Source: an uncultured Actinomycetes bacterium
Lineage (GTDB): Bacteria > Actinomycetota > Thermoleophilia > Gaiellales > Gaiellaceae
Assembly (NCBI GenBank): GCA_963848725.1
Contig: CAWKEV010000010.1
Span: forward strand, 550-64,549
DNA length: 64,000 bases
Reading direction: 5' to 3'
The first letter of the stretch is position 1, and the number at the start of each line of letters is the position of its first letter. Below the pieces are notes generated by a model. That model had not been told where the DNA came from. It was given only the letters and a program-made list of their open reading frames with translations, and ran no database searches. Positions 1 to 8,445 of this stretch are shown in pieces. The position numbers and the translations under genes were made by a program.

Positions 1-588
1 GGCGGGACATGCATTCCACTACGGGGGCTGCGACCCGGCGCTTCCGTACGCGTTTCGTGCACTCTCTCGGGACAACGCGTTGAGCGAGGTGTATGCGTTC
101 ATCTGCGACTGCATCACCCGTGAGCCGGGATGGCACGCACGCCACTTCGACATCAGCGAGGACCAGGCCGCCGAGCATGCGCAGGCCACGCGGTTCCTCC
201 ACTCGTTTCTCGTCCGCCGGTACGCCGCCAAGCTCGAGTTCGAGCTCGAGTTCTGGTCACGATTCCCGAGCGCCGGAGCAAGCTCTGATGGCTACGCGGA
301 TCGTCTCCTCGAGGCGACCGGGTTCGTCTTCCGGTCCGACGCCTACCTCACCGACATCGACTCCGACTTCTATTGCGCCGACTACCTGCGCGGATGGATC
401 CGTGCGGCACAGCTTCGGTCTTCCTTCGGTCCGCGAGCGGGGACGAGTGGTGGTGCAGTCCACGGACCGGCACCTTCCTGCGTGAGCTTCATCGTGAGGG
501 GACGAGGCCGTCGAATGAGGAGCTGGCCGACCGCATCGGCTTCGCGGCCGACGACCTGAGTCCGCTCAGCGAAGAGCTCAGGTTCTAG
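1..588 (+). pseudogene. Zinc metallopeptidase-like protein (M3/oligoendopeptidase-like), C-terminal fragment. The 5' end is outside the window and there is an apparent frameshift near 415-425.
   Basis: Frame 2 is open from base 2 (AGHAFHYGGCDP..., resembling the tail of an HExxH motif) to ...FYCADYLRGWIRAAQLR. The natural continuation FLRSASGDEWWCSPRTGTFLRELHREGTRPSNEELADRIGF...SEELRF* lies in frame 1 (ORF 373..588). Confidence 0.45.
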
Positions 589-594
589 CGCGGA

Positions 595-667
595 TGCGCC
601 CGGCATGATTCGAACATGCGACCTCTGCCTCCGCAGGGCAGCGCTCTATCCCCTGAGCTACGGGCGC
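595..667 (-). tRNA. tRNA-Arg, anticodon GCG
   Basis: The reverse complement folds as a full cloverleaf: GCGCCCG-TA-GCTC-AGGGGATA-GAGC-G-CTGCC-CTGCGGA-GGCAG-AGGTC-GCATG-TTCGAAT-CATGC-CGGGCGC-A. The anticodon loop CU-GCG-GA gives GCG. From memory, the backbone is near-identical to E. coli tRNA-Arg(CCG). No CCA is encoded. Confidence 0.92.
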
Positions 668-1491
668 GCGGGAGTCGCCAAGTCTAGCGGCGTCTCGTCG
701 CGCTGACTCGCGCGGCGGCCGTTCACCTCGACGTCGGCATCGCTCGGAACCTCGCGACGCACGTACGCGAGCGCGAGCACGCGCTCGCCGTCCCGAACGG
801 CGCTCGTCACGCGCCCCGCAACCTTCCCTTCCCAGAGGATCTCGGCGTCGTAGGCGGGGAGCTCGTCGCCCTCGATCTCGAGCACACGGAGCGTCCGGTT
901 GACGCGGCCGCGGTAGTGCTGGCGCGCGATCGGCTCCTGTCCCGGATAGCAGCCCTTGGCGAAGTCGACCGCGCGGGCGTCGAGACCCGCCTCGGCGGGG
1001 AGGATCCGCTCGTCGATCTCGCGGCCCCAGACCGGCGTGCGCGCGAGGATGCGCAGCCGCTCGAGCTCGTCGGCGTCCGCCACGCGAGCGTCCGCCGGGT
1101 GCTCCCCGTCGACGATCTCGTACGCCGGGAGGCCGTAGTCGCGATTCGCGAGGGCTCCTCGTGGTCCCTCCGATCCGACGACGAGCGTCGAGACGTGTTC
1201 CTCGAGCTCGATCTCGCACTTCGCGGCGAAGCGGCTCCGGAGGAGGGTCGTGCGGACACGCTCTCCGAGCCCCGACGGAGTGAGGAGGAGAAAGTCGTCA
1301 GCGGAGCGGCGCCAGACGACGAGCGGGGCGATGACGCGCGCCTTCGGCGTCAGCAGCAGCGCGTCGCACGAGTCGCCCGGCGCGAGCGCCTCGACGTCGT
1401 TCGAGACCATCGCCTGCAGATACGACTCGGCGTCGGGGCCGCGCACCCCGACGAACTCGCGCGGCAGGCGCGGACAGAGGATCACATCCAC
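658..1491 (-). CDS. Folate-binding YgfZ/GcvT-family protein (aminomethyltransferase-like)
   Basis: ORF 658..1851, trimmed to the GTG at 1491 because the upstream part overlaps the opposite-strand gene. The sequence FVGVRGPDAESYLQAMVSNDV...KGCYPGQEPIARQHYRGRVNR is typical of YgfZ/GcvT C-terminal regions. The last 10 nt overlap the tRNA. Confidence 0.7.
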   Translation of the reverse strand: MDVILCPRLPREFVGVRGPDAESYLQAMVSNDVEALAPGDSCDALLLTPKARVIAPLVVWRRSADDFLLLTPSGLGERVRTTLLRSRFAAKCEIELEEHVSTLVVGSEGPRGALANRDYGLPAYEIVDGEHPADARVADADELERLRILARTPVWGREIDERILPAEAGLDARAVDFAKGCYPGQEPIARQHYRGRVNRTLRVLEIEGDELPAYDAEILWEGKVAGRVTSAVRDGERVLALAYVRREVPSDADVEVNGRRASQRDETPLDLATPARP

Positions 1492-1509
1492 GACGACTAG
1501 TGTAGGAGC

Positions 1510-2115
1510 GTGTTCCGGGGCCGAGCCGAGCGGAAAGTGATCGAGGCCGGCTACGACCCGGCTCGCCTCCCTCCCGGGCAGTACTACACCGAGAAGTGGC
1601 CGGTGCTCCACGCCGGCTCGATCCCTCGCACCGATCTCGCGAGCTGGGACTTCGCGGTCACCGGGGAGATCGAGAGCCCGCTCCGGCTCTCCTGGGACGA
1701 GCTGAACGACCTTCCGCGGACGCAGGTGACGGAGGACATCCACTGCGTGACGCGCTGGAGCCGCTTCGACGTCACCTTCGAGGGCGTGCATTGGAGCGCG
1801 CTCGAGGAGCTCGTCCGTCCGCGCCAATCGGCGCATTTCGTCGTCGCCCACGCCGAGGAGGGCTATACGGCGAACGTCCCGATCGCGTTCCTCCGCGACC
1901 CGCTCTCACTCCTCGCGACGCATGCGGACGGCGAGCCGCTCACGCCCGAGCACGGCGGCCCCCTCCGGCTCGTCATCCACGGGAAGTACTTCTGGAAGAG
2001 CGCGAAGTGGCTTCGCGGAATCGAGCTCACGCCCGACGACAGGCCGGGCTTCTGGGAGCGCTACGGGTATCACAACGACGCCGACCCGTTCGACGAGGAG
2101 CGCTACGCGTTCTAG
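1510..2115 (+). CDS. Molybdopterin-dependent oxidoreductase, sulfite-oxidase-family catalytic domain (small YuiH/MsrP-like form)
   Basis: 201 aa. DIHCVTRWSRFDVTFEGV and GGPLRLVIHGKYFWKSAKWLRGIEL match the Mo-pterin oxidoreductase fold signature. Confidence 0.8.
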   Translation: MFRGRAERKVIEAGYDPARLPPGQYYTEKWPVLHAGSIPRTDLASWDFAVTGEIESPLRLSWDELNDLPRTQVTEDIHCVTRWSRFDVTFEGVHWSALEELVRPRQSAHFVVAHAEEGYTANVPIAFLRDPLSLLATHADGEPLTPEHGGPLRLVIHGKYFWKSAKWLRGIELTPDDRPGFWERYGYHNDADPFDEERYAF

Positions 2116-2561
2116 GACCGCGCTCGGTCGGCAAGGAGCTGGTGAGCACCCGCCCCGAGAGACGAGGCTTCGTCTTCCGGGTTCAAGAGCGCGCAGCGAT
2201 CGATCGAGAGACATCCGCAGCCGATGCACGTCGTCAGGCGCGTGCGGAGCGCTTCGAGCGTCGCGATCCGCCGCTCGAGATCGTCGCGCCACGCGCGTGA
2301 CAAGCGATCCCAGTCGCGCCGCGTCGGGACCCGATCGGTCGGAAGCGTGTCGAGCGCCCGGTTGATGTCGAAGAGTGGAATGCCGGCCGCCTTCCCGGCC
2401 TGGATGAACGCGATCCTGCGCAGGACGGCGCGGGCGTAGCGCCGCTGGTTCCCGCTCGTCCGCTGCGACGAGATGAGTCCGGCGCGCTCGTAGAACCGCA
2501 GCGCGGACGGAGCAACTCCGCTCCGGGCAGCGACCTCACCGATCGTGAGCTCCCACTCCAT
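2112..2561 (-). CDS. soxR: Redox-sensitive MerR-family transcriptional activator SoxR
   Basis: N-terminal MerR HTH (LTIGEVAARSGVAPSALRFYERAGLI) plus the SoxR [2Fe-2S] cysteine motif CIGCGCLSIDRC. The ATG at 2561 (MEWELT) is preferred, because the upstream alternative at 2576 lies inside the operator. Confidence 0.9.
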   Translation of the reverse strand: MEWELTIGEVAARSGVAPSALRFYERAGLISSQRTSGNQRRYARAVLRRIAFIQAGKAAGIPLFDINRALDTLPTDRVPTRRDWDRLSRAWRDDLERRIATLEALRTRLTTCIGCGCLSIDRCALLNPEDEASSLGAGAHQLLADRARS

Positions 2562-2563
2562 CC

Positions 2564-2594
2564 TTGACTTCAACATTAGTTGAAGTTCTACGCT
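2564..2594 (+). promoter_or_regulatory. SoxR operator embedded in a MerR-type promoter with a 19-bp spacer
   Basis: TTGACT (2564-2569), 19-bp spacer, TACGCT (2589-2594). The spacer contains the perfect inverted repeat ACTTCAAC-ATTA-GTTGAAGT (2567-2586). This resembles the E. coli soxS operator CCTCAAGTTAACTTGAGG. The site sits 3 nt from the soxR start and about 40 nt upstream of the Rieske gene ATG. Confidence 0.85.
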
Positions 2595-2632
2595 CGGTGG
2601 ACGGCGAAGCCGCCATCCCCGAAGGAGGAGAC

Positions 2633-4408
2633 ATGACCGTCACCGAAACCGCCCGTCTCGTCAGGGTCGCCTCGCTCTCCGACCTCCGCGCGAAGGGACG
2701 CCTGGTCGTCGCGGGCGACGGCCACACCGTGTGCCTGTTCGCGGACGGAGACGCAGTCCACGCGGTCGACAATCGCTGCCCACACATGGGCTTCCCGCTC
2801 TCCCGCGGGACGATCGCGGACGGCATCCTCACCTGCCACTGGCACCACGCCCGCTTCGACCTCGGCTCGGGCGGGACGTTCGACCAGTGGGCGGACGACC
2901 TACGGACGTTCCCGGTCGAACTTCGCGACGACGACATCTACGTCGACGTCGGCTCGGCTGGCGACCGGATCGCCCATCAGCGCAGGCGTCTCCGCGACGG
3001 GCTCGAGCTCGATCTTCCGCTCGTGCTCGCGAAGGCGACGATCGCCCTCGCCGATACGGACCAGTCCGGCCTCGGCGCGTTTCGCGCGGGTCTCGACTTC
3101 GGCGTCGAGCGGCGTGCCGACGGCTGGGGACGCGGACTGACGACGCTGACCTGCCTCGCAAATCTCGCGCCGCACATGCCGAAAGAGGACGTCCCGGCTG
3201 CGCTCTTCCAGGGCCTCGCCGACGTGGCCGACGAGAGCGCGGGAGACGCACCCCGCTTCCGGCTCGCTCCGCTCCCTTCGGGGGAGGTCGAGCCCGAACG
3301 GCTCGGCCGCTGGTTCCGCGGGTTCGTCGAGGTGCGCGACGCGGAGGGCGCCGAGCGCGCGATCGTCTCCGCCGTGCGTACCGGCGCGTCTGCGAACCAG
3401 CTCGCGGACGCGCTCTTCGCGGCCGCGACCGATCACCGCTACCTCGATCTCGGACACTCCCTCGACTTCACGAACAAGGCGCTCGAGGCGCTCGACGTCG
3501 CCGGCTGGGAACGGGCCGAGGCGGTGCTCGCGTCGGTTCCCGCGCAGATCGCCTCGGCGCAGCGGATGGAGGAGGACAACGCCTGGCGCCATCCAGTCGA
3601 CCTCGTCGGGCTCGTCGAAGCCGCATTCGAGGAGCTCGCAGATGCAGTCGCAACTGGGCGGAGTGCCGAGCGAGCCTGGGCCGGACGCTCGGAGCTCGTC
3701 GAGCTCATCCTCGGCGACGATGCGGCCGCGAGCGTCGTCGGTCTCCTCGATGCACTACGCATGGGCGCGACCGGCGTCGAGGTCGCCTCTGCCGTTTCCT
3801 TCGCAGCGGCGACCCGAATCGCCCGCTTCCCGACGACGAACGAGTTCGGAGACTGGGACACCGCGCTGCACACGTTCACGTTCGCCAACGCCGTCGAGCA
3901 GGGGCTGCGGCGCTCGAGCTCGGTCGAGCTCCTGCGCGGCGTGTTCGACGCGGCGACGAGCGTGCACGTCGACCGGTTCCTCAACGTGCCGGCGACGCGG
4001 CTGCCGCAACCGTCATCCGATGGAGACCCCGAGGCACTGCTCGACGCGCTCGTCGCACTCCTCGACCGTCAGCAGCAGGTCGACGAAGCGGGTGAGCTCG
4101 TCGCGTCGTATCTCGCGGGGGGCGGCGACCCCGATCGCCTCGTCGCGGCGCTTGCGCTCGCTCTGGTCCGCGAGAACAGGAACTTCCACACGATCCAATG
4201 TGTCGAGACCTCGGTGCGCCAGCACCTGCTGCTCCGCGGCGGAGCCGACGCGGATCTCCCGCTGATCGCAGCGGCACGCTACCTCGCCGCGCACGCGGCG
4301 ACCACGCGCTCGCAGCGCCAGACGTTCGACATCGCGCGGCGCCTCCATCGGGGGGAACGGCTCTACGAGCTCGATGCCGAAGAGAAGATGGAACCGATCC
4401 GCGCGTGA
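2633..4408 (+). CDS. Rieske [2Fe-2S] domain protein with a large (about 470 aa) helical C-terminal domain of unknown function
   Basis: ATG at 2633, preceded by GGAGGAG. The Rieske motifs CPHMGFPL and CHWHHARF lie in the first ~110 aa. The rest is Ala/Leu/Asp-rich with no motif I recognise. Confidence 0.85.
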   Translation: MTVTETARLVRVASLSDLRAKGRLVVAGDGHTVCLFADGDAVHAVDNRCPHMGFPLSRGTIADGILTCHWHHARFDLGSGGTFDQWADDLRTFPVELRDDDIYVDVGSAGDRIAHQRRRLRDGLELDLPLVLAKATIALADTDQSGLGAFRAGLDFGVERRADGWGRGLTTLTCLANLAPHMPKEDVPAALFQGLADVADESAGDAPRFRLAPLPSGEVEPERLGRWFRGFVEVRDAEGAERAIVSAVRTGASANQLADALFAAATDHRYLDLGHSLDFTNKALEALDVAGWERAEAVLASVPAQIASAQRMEEDNAWRHPVDLVGLVEAAFEELADAVATGRSAERAWAGRSELVELILGDDAAASVVGLLDALRMGATGVEVASAVSFAAATRIARFPTTNEFGDWDTALHTFTFANAVEQGLRRSSSVELLRGVFDAATSVHVDRFLNVPATRLPQPSSDGDPEALLDALVALLDRQQQVDEAGELVASYLAGGGDPDRLVAALALALVRENRNFHTIQCVETSVRQHLLLRGGADADLPLIAAARYLAAHAATTRSQRQTFDIARRLHRGERLYELDAEEKMEPIRA

Positions 4409-4515
4409 CCGACCGATGTCCGTGCGAGACACGATTCCCCCCGAAAGGGGGACGAGAGATCGGGGCGTTCCGACGACAACCTGATCAACCCATCCTCCCC
4501 AGTTCTTCCCCCTGT

Positions 4516-4547
4516 GAGCGGCCGTCCCAGCGGCCGCTCTCTTTTGG
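4516..4547 (+). terminator. Intrinsic terminator
   Basis: GAGCGGCCG-TCCCAG-CGGCCGCTC forms a 9-bp stem followed by TCTTTTGG. It lies 108 nt after the Rieske stop. A weaker CCCCC-GAAA-GGGGG hairpin is at 4438-4451. Confidence 0.7.
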
Positions 4548-4551
4548 TCCG

Positions 4552-4816
4552 CAGATGGGGCCGGCGAAGCCGGTCCCATCGCGAGAACCCCTAAAGCGCG
4601 TCAGCCGAGCTGCCGCTGATCGCAGCCTGACCTTGAGCCTCAGATGGGGCCGGCGAAGCCGGTCCCATCGCGAGAACCCCTAAAGCGCGTCAGCCGAGTG
4701 CCGCTGATCGCAGCCTGACCTTGAGCCTCAGATGGGGCCGGCGAAGCCGGTCCCATCGCGAGAACCCCTAAAGCGCGTCAGCCGAGCTGCCGCTGATCGC
4801 AGCCTGACCTCGAGCC
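4552..4816. repeat. Tandem direct repeat (minisatellite), three head-to-tail copies of 89, 88 and about 88 bp
   Basis: Copies start at 4552, 4641 and 4729 and are near-identical. Copy 2 lacks one C (GAGCTGCC becomes GAGTGCC) and copy 3 diverges over its last ~8 nt. Each unit carries a 12-bp hairpin GATGGGGCCGGC-GAA-GCCGGTCCCATC. Each also carries a second bipartite stem, GTCAG..GCTGC-N8-GCAGC-CTGAC. Confidence 0.95.
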
Positions 4817-4905
4817 GCGGCGTAACGCCTGCATGGCAGTAAAGAGGCACGGGCCGACCGGAGCGAGCAAGTTGGCGTCCCGAGGTGCGACAGCAGAGCG
4901 GTCGT

Positions 4906-4934
4906 AAAACCGCAGCCGGCCCTGAGAGTCGGCG
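4906..4934 (-). terminator. Possible weak intrinsic terminator after the nitrile hydratase alpha gene
   Basis: The minus strand reads GCCGAC-TCTCAGG-GCCGGC (imperfect 6-bp stem) followed by TGCGGTTTTA, immediately after the stop codon. Confidence 0.3.
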
Positions 4935-5576
4935 CTACGCCGACGCGGCGAAGGTCGCCGGTGAGGTCGGCTCCGCGACCCCGATCATCGAGTCGCGCGT
5001 GACGAGCGCGGCGAGCTCGTCCTCATCCAACGACTCCGTGCCGATCGGACGGCGCGGGATCACGAGGTAGCGGATGTCGGCGGTCGAGTCGAACACGCGC
5101 AGCTCGACGTCGTCTTCCAGCTCGAGGCCGAACTCGTCGAGCACGCCGCGCGGGTCGGAGACGGCACGCGAGCGGTAGGGCAGGCTCTTGTACCAGTCGG
5201 GCGGCGGGCCGAGAAGCGCACGCGGATAACACGAGCAAAGCGTGCAGACGACCATGTTGTGGACGTCCTCCGTGTTCTCGAGCGCCACCACGACCGGCGA
5301 CGGGCCGGGGTCGAGGCCGAGCTCCAGCGCCGCGGAGCGCGCGTCGTCGAGTAGCCGCTCTCTGAACTCCCCGTCGACCCAGGCACGCGCGACGAGCCTC
5401 GCCCCGTCCGCCGGCGAGCGGGACACGAGCACATCGATCTCGCGGCGGACGTCCTCGCGGGCGATGACGCCCTTCTCGACGAGGAGCTCTTCGAGCGCGC
5501 GGGCTCGGGCGGCGGCGGCAGGCTCGTGCCCGTTCGTGATCGGCTCGTGGTCATGGTCGTGGTCGTGGTCGTTCAC
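4935..5576 (-). CDS. Nitrile hydratase alpha subunit, cobalt type (NHase / thiocyanate hydrolase gamma family)
   Basis: Metal-site motif VCTLCSCYP followed by PPDWYKSLPYRSRAVSDPRGVL. The N-terminus is His/Asp-rich (MNDHDHDHDHEPITNGHEP). Confidence 0.92.
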   Translation of the reverse strand: MNDHDHDHDHEPITNGHEPAAAARARALEELLVEKGVIAREDVRREIDVLVSRSPADGARLVARAWVDGEFRERLLDDARSAALELGLDPGPSPVVVALENTEDVHNMVVCTLCSCYPRALLGPPPDWYKSLPYRSRAVSDPRGVLDEFGLELEDDVELRVFDSTADIRYLVIPRRPIGTESLDEDELAALVTRDSMIGVAEPTSPATFAASA

Positions 5577-5854
5577 TCACTCTCCTCCAGCCAGTGCTCG
5601 AAGACGTCGACGCAGATCCGATCCTCGGGCCTCCCCGTGTAGTGCGGCCAGACGTCGCGCTGCTCGAAGGCGACGAGGTAGAGCGTCTGCTTTGGGAGCC
5701 CGTCCGTGCCGTACGCGCGCGTCTCCGGATTCGTGAAGGATCCGTGGCGGCGCTCGACCGTGCCCGACGTCCCCTTGAGATACCCGGGCGTGCGGTGATG
5801 CCCGCGATGTGCCCGAACCGACACGCGCACGCGCTGCCCGGGGGTGAAGCTCAT
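5573..5854 (-). CDS. Nitrile hydratase beta subunit, C-terminal-half homologue (separate 93-aa polypeptide)
   Basis: FTPGQRVRV...HHRTPGYLKGTSGTVERRHG...LYLVAFEQRDVW...ICVDVFEHWLE matches the SH3-like C-terminal domain of NHase beta. It overlaps both neighbouring genes by 4 nt. Confidence 0.85.
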   Translation of the reverse strand: MSFTPGQRVRVSVRAHRGHHRTPGYLKGTSGTVERRHGSFTNPETRAYGTDGLPKQTLYLVAFEQRDVWPHYTGRPEDRICVDVFEHWLEESE

Positions 5855-6138
5855 ACGTCGAGCCTCGCGTCGAGCTCGCCGGGAGCGAGGACACCCTTCT
5901 CCGTGAGGATCGTCTCCGCCGAGAAGAGCCAGCGTTCGTAGTACGACGCCCGCTCGTAGTCGTCCGGCGGCATGCTCTCGATCCCGCGCCTGAGCTCGTC
6001 GACGTTCATGAGGCCGCTGGCGCCGAGGACTCCGACAAGCGCGTCGGTGAGGAGCTCCCAGTCGGCGAGCTCGTGCTCCGTGCGGTCGATCCGCTCGTCC
6101 GTCGGCACCCCGCCGCGATCGTGCACCGCGCGCTCCAC
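5851..6138 (-). CDS. Nitrile hydratase beta subunit, N-terminal-half homologue (separate ~92-96 aa polypeptide)
   Basis: VHDRGGVP...DWELLTDALVGVL...ELRRGIESMPPDDYERASYYERWLFSAETILTEKGV is the canonical NHase beta N-terminal helical domain. The start is GTG 6138 (alternative GTG 6126). The upstream part of ORF 5851..6321 runs through the groEL terminator and was rejected. Confidence 0.8.
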   Translation of the reverse strand: MERAVHDRGGVPTDERIDRTEHELADWELLTDALVGVLGASGLMNVDELRRGIESMPPDDYERASYYERWLFSAETILTEKGVLAPGELDARLDV

Positions 6139-6173
6139 GCGCCGATCGTAGCGCCGAGCGATCCTGAAGACGC

Positions 6174-6200
6174 GAAGGGCCGGGCGGAACCCGGCCCTTC
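6174..6200 (-). terminator. Stem-loop terminator downstream of groEL
   Basis: GAAGGGCCGGG-CGGAA-CCCGGCCCTTC forms a perfect 11-bp stem about 100 nt after the groEL stop. The U-tract is poor. Confidence 0.6.
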
Positions 6201-6301
6201 CGACTTCCGTGCCGCTCGGTCTCGTGGCCGAAGGGCGATTCACTCGCCCGGGAGGCCAGGAGCGCACGACCGGTGCACCCCCGTGAAGGAGGGGGTGGGT
6301 G

Positions 6302-7930
<1,629 letters not shown>

Positions 7931-7957
7931 CTAGGTATTCCTCCTCAGCGAAACGAG

Positions 7958-8290
7958 CTATGCGGTGGCGCCGGCGAGCTTGCGCTTGCCCTTGCCGCCC
8001 GTGGTTACGACCTTGGCGAGAATGTCCGACTCGCGCAGGATGAGGACCTCGTCCGACCCGACCTTGATCTCCGTCCCGCCGTACTTGGAGAAGATCACCT
8101 CGTCGCCGACCTCGATCTCCATCTTGATGTACGCCCCGTCCTCGTCACGCGGGCCGGGGCCGACGGCGAGGACCTTGCCGCGCTGCGGCTTCTCCTTCGC
8201 CGTGTCGGGCAATACGATGCCGCTGACGGTGGTCTCCTCTTCGTCGAGGACCTCCACGATCAGCCGATCGCCCAGAGGCTGCAGATCCAT
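7958..8290 (-). CDS. groES: Co-chaperonin GroES (10 kDa), with a short Lys-rich C-terminal tail
   Basis: [44 protein letters not shown]...; a GGGAGG Shine-Dalgarno lies upstream; the gene is immediately upstream of groEL. Confidence 0.97.
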   Translation of the reverse strand: MDLQPLGDRLIVEVLDEEETTVSGIVLPDTAKEKPQRGKVLAVGPGPRDEDGAYIKMEIEVGDEVIFSKYGGTEIKVGSDEVLILRESDILAKVVTTGGKGKRKLAGATA

Positions 8291-8326
8291 ACGACAGACC
8301 TCCCTGAATCAGAGTTTGTAACACGT

Positions 8327-8353
8327 CTGGCACTCGAACCATTCGAGTGCCAG
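8327..8353 (-). promoter_or_regulatory. CIRCE element (HrcA operator) upstream of groES
   Basis: CTGGCACTC-N9-GAGTGCCAG is a perfect 9-bp inverted repeat with a 9-nt spacer. It matches the CIRCE consensus TTAGCACTC-N9-GAGTGCTAA and lies about 40 nt upstream of the groES ATG. Confidence 0.88.
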
Positions 8354-8445
8354 GGGGACGATAGCACTCTAGCTACGAGCCGCCAAGCCGGAATCGGTCC
8401 GTCGGGAGCACGTTAGGTCACGAAGTTGTTCCTGGATGTCACAAA

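Noticed and set aside
595-667. The tRNA as an integration site for a mobile element or genomic island
   Set aside because: No integrase, no direct repeat of the tRNA 3' end and no compositional shift were found in the adjacent sequence on either side.
1492-1851. N-terminal 120 residues of ORF 658..1851, which would make the YgfZ-like protein 397 aa
   Set aside because: This extension overlaps the well-supported opposite-strand molybdoenzyme gene and has no YgfZ/GcvT similarity. The start was moved to the GTG at 1491.
4416-4484. 22-codon ORF (MSVRDTIPPERGTRDRGVPTTT) just after the Rieske gene
   Set aside because: It has no Shine-Dalgarno, it overlaps a hairpin and it shows no codon bias. It is indistinguishable from chance.
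4552-4816. Possible CRISPR array, given regularly spaced identical segments in an intergenic region
   Set aside because: The whole 88-89 bp unit is repeated head-to-tail with no unique spacers between copies. No cas genes are in the window. It is a tandem minisatellite, not a CRISPR.
7958-8008. Lys-rich C-terminal tail of GroES (…[17 protein letters not shown]) as a novel feature
   Set aside because: It is short and low-complexity, and it could simply reflect lineage-specific variation. There is no supporting evidence for a distinct function.
8361-8373. Second CIRCE-like half-site (ATAGCACTCTAGC) upstream of the real CIRCE
   Set aside because: No inverted partner lies at the required 9-nt spacing. 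It is probably a chance match or a relic.
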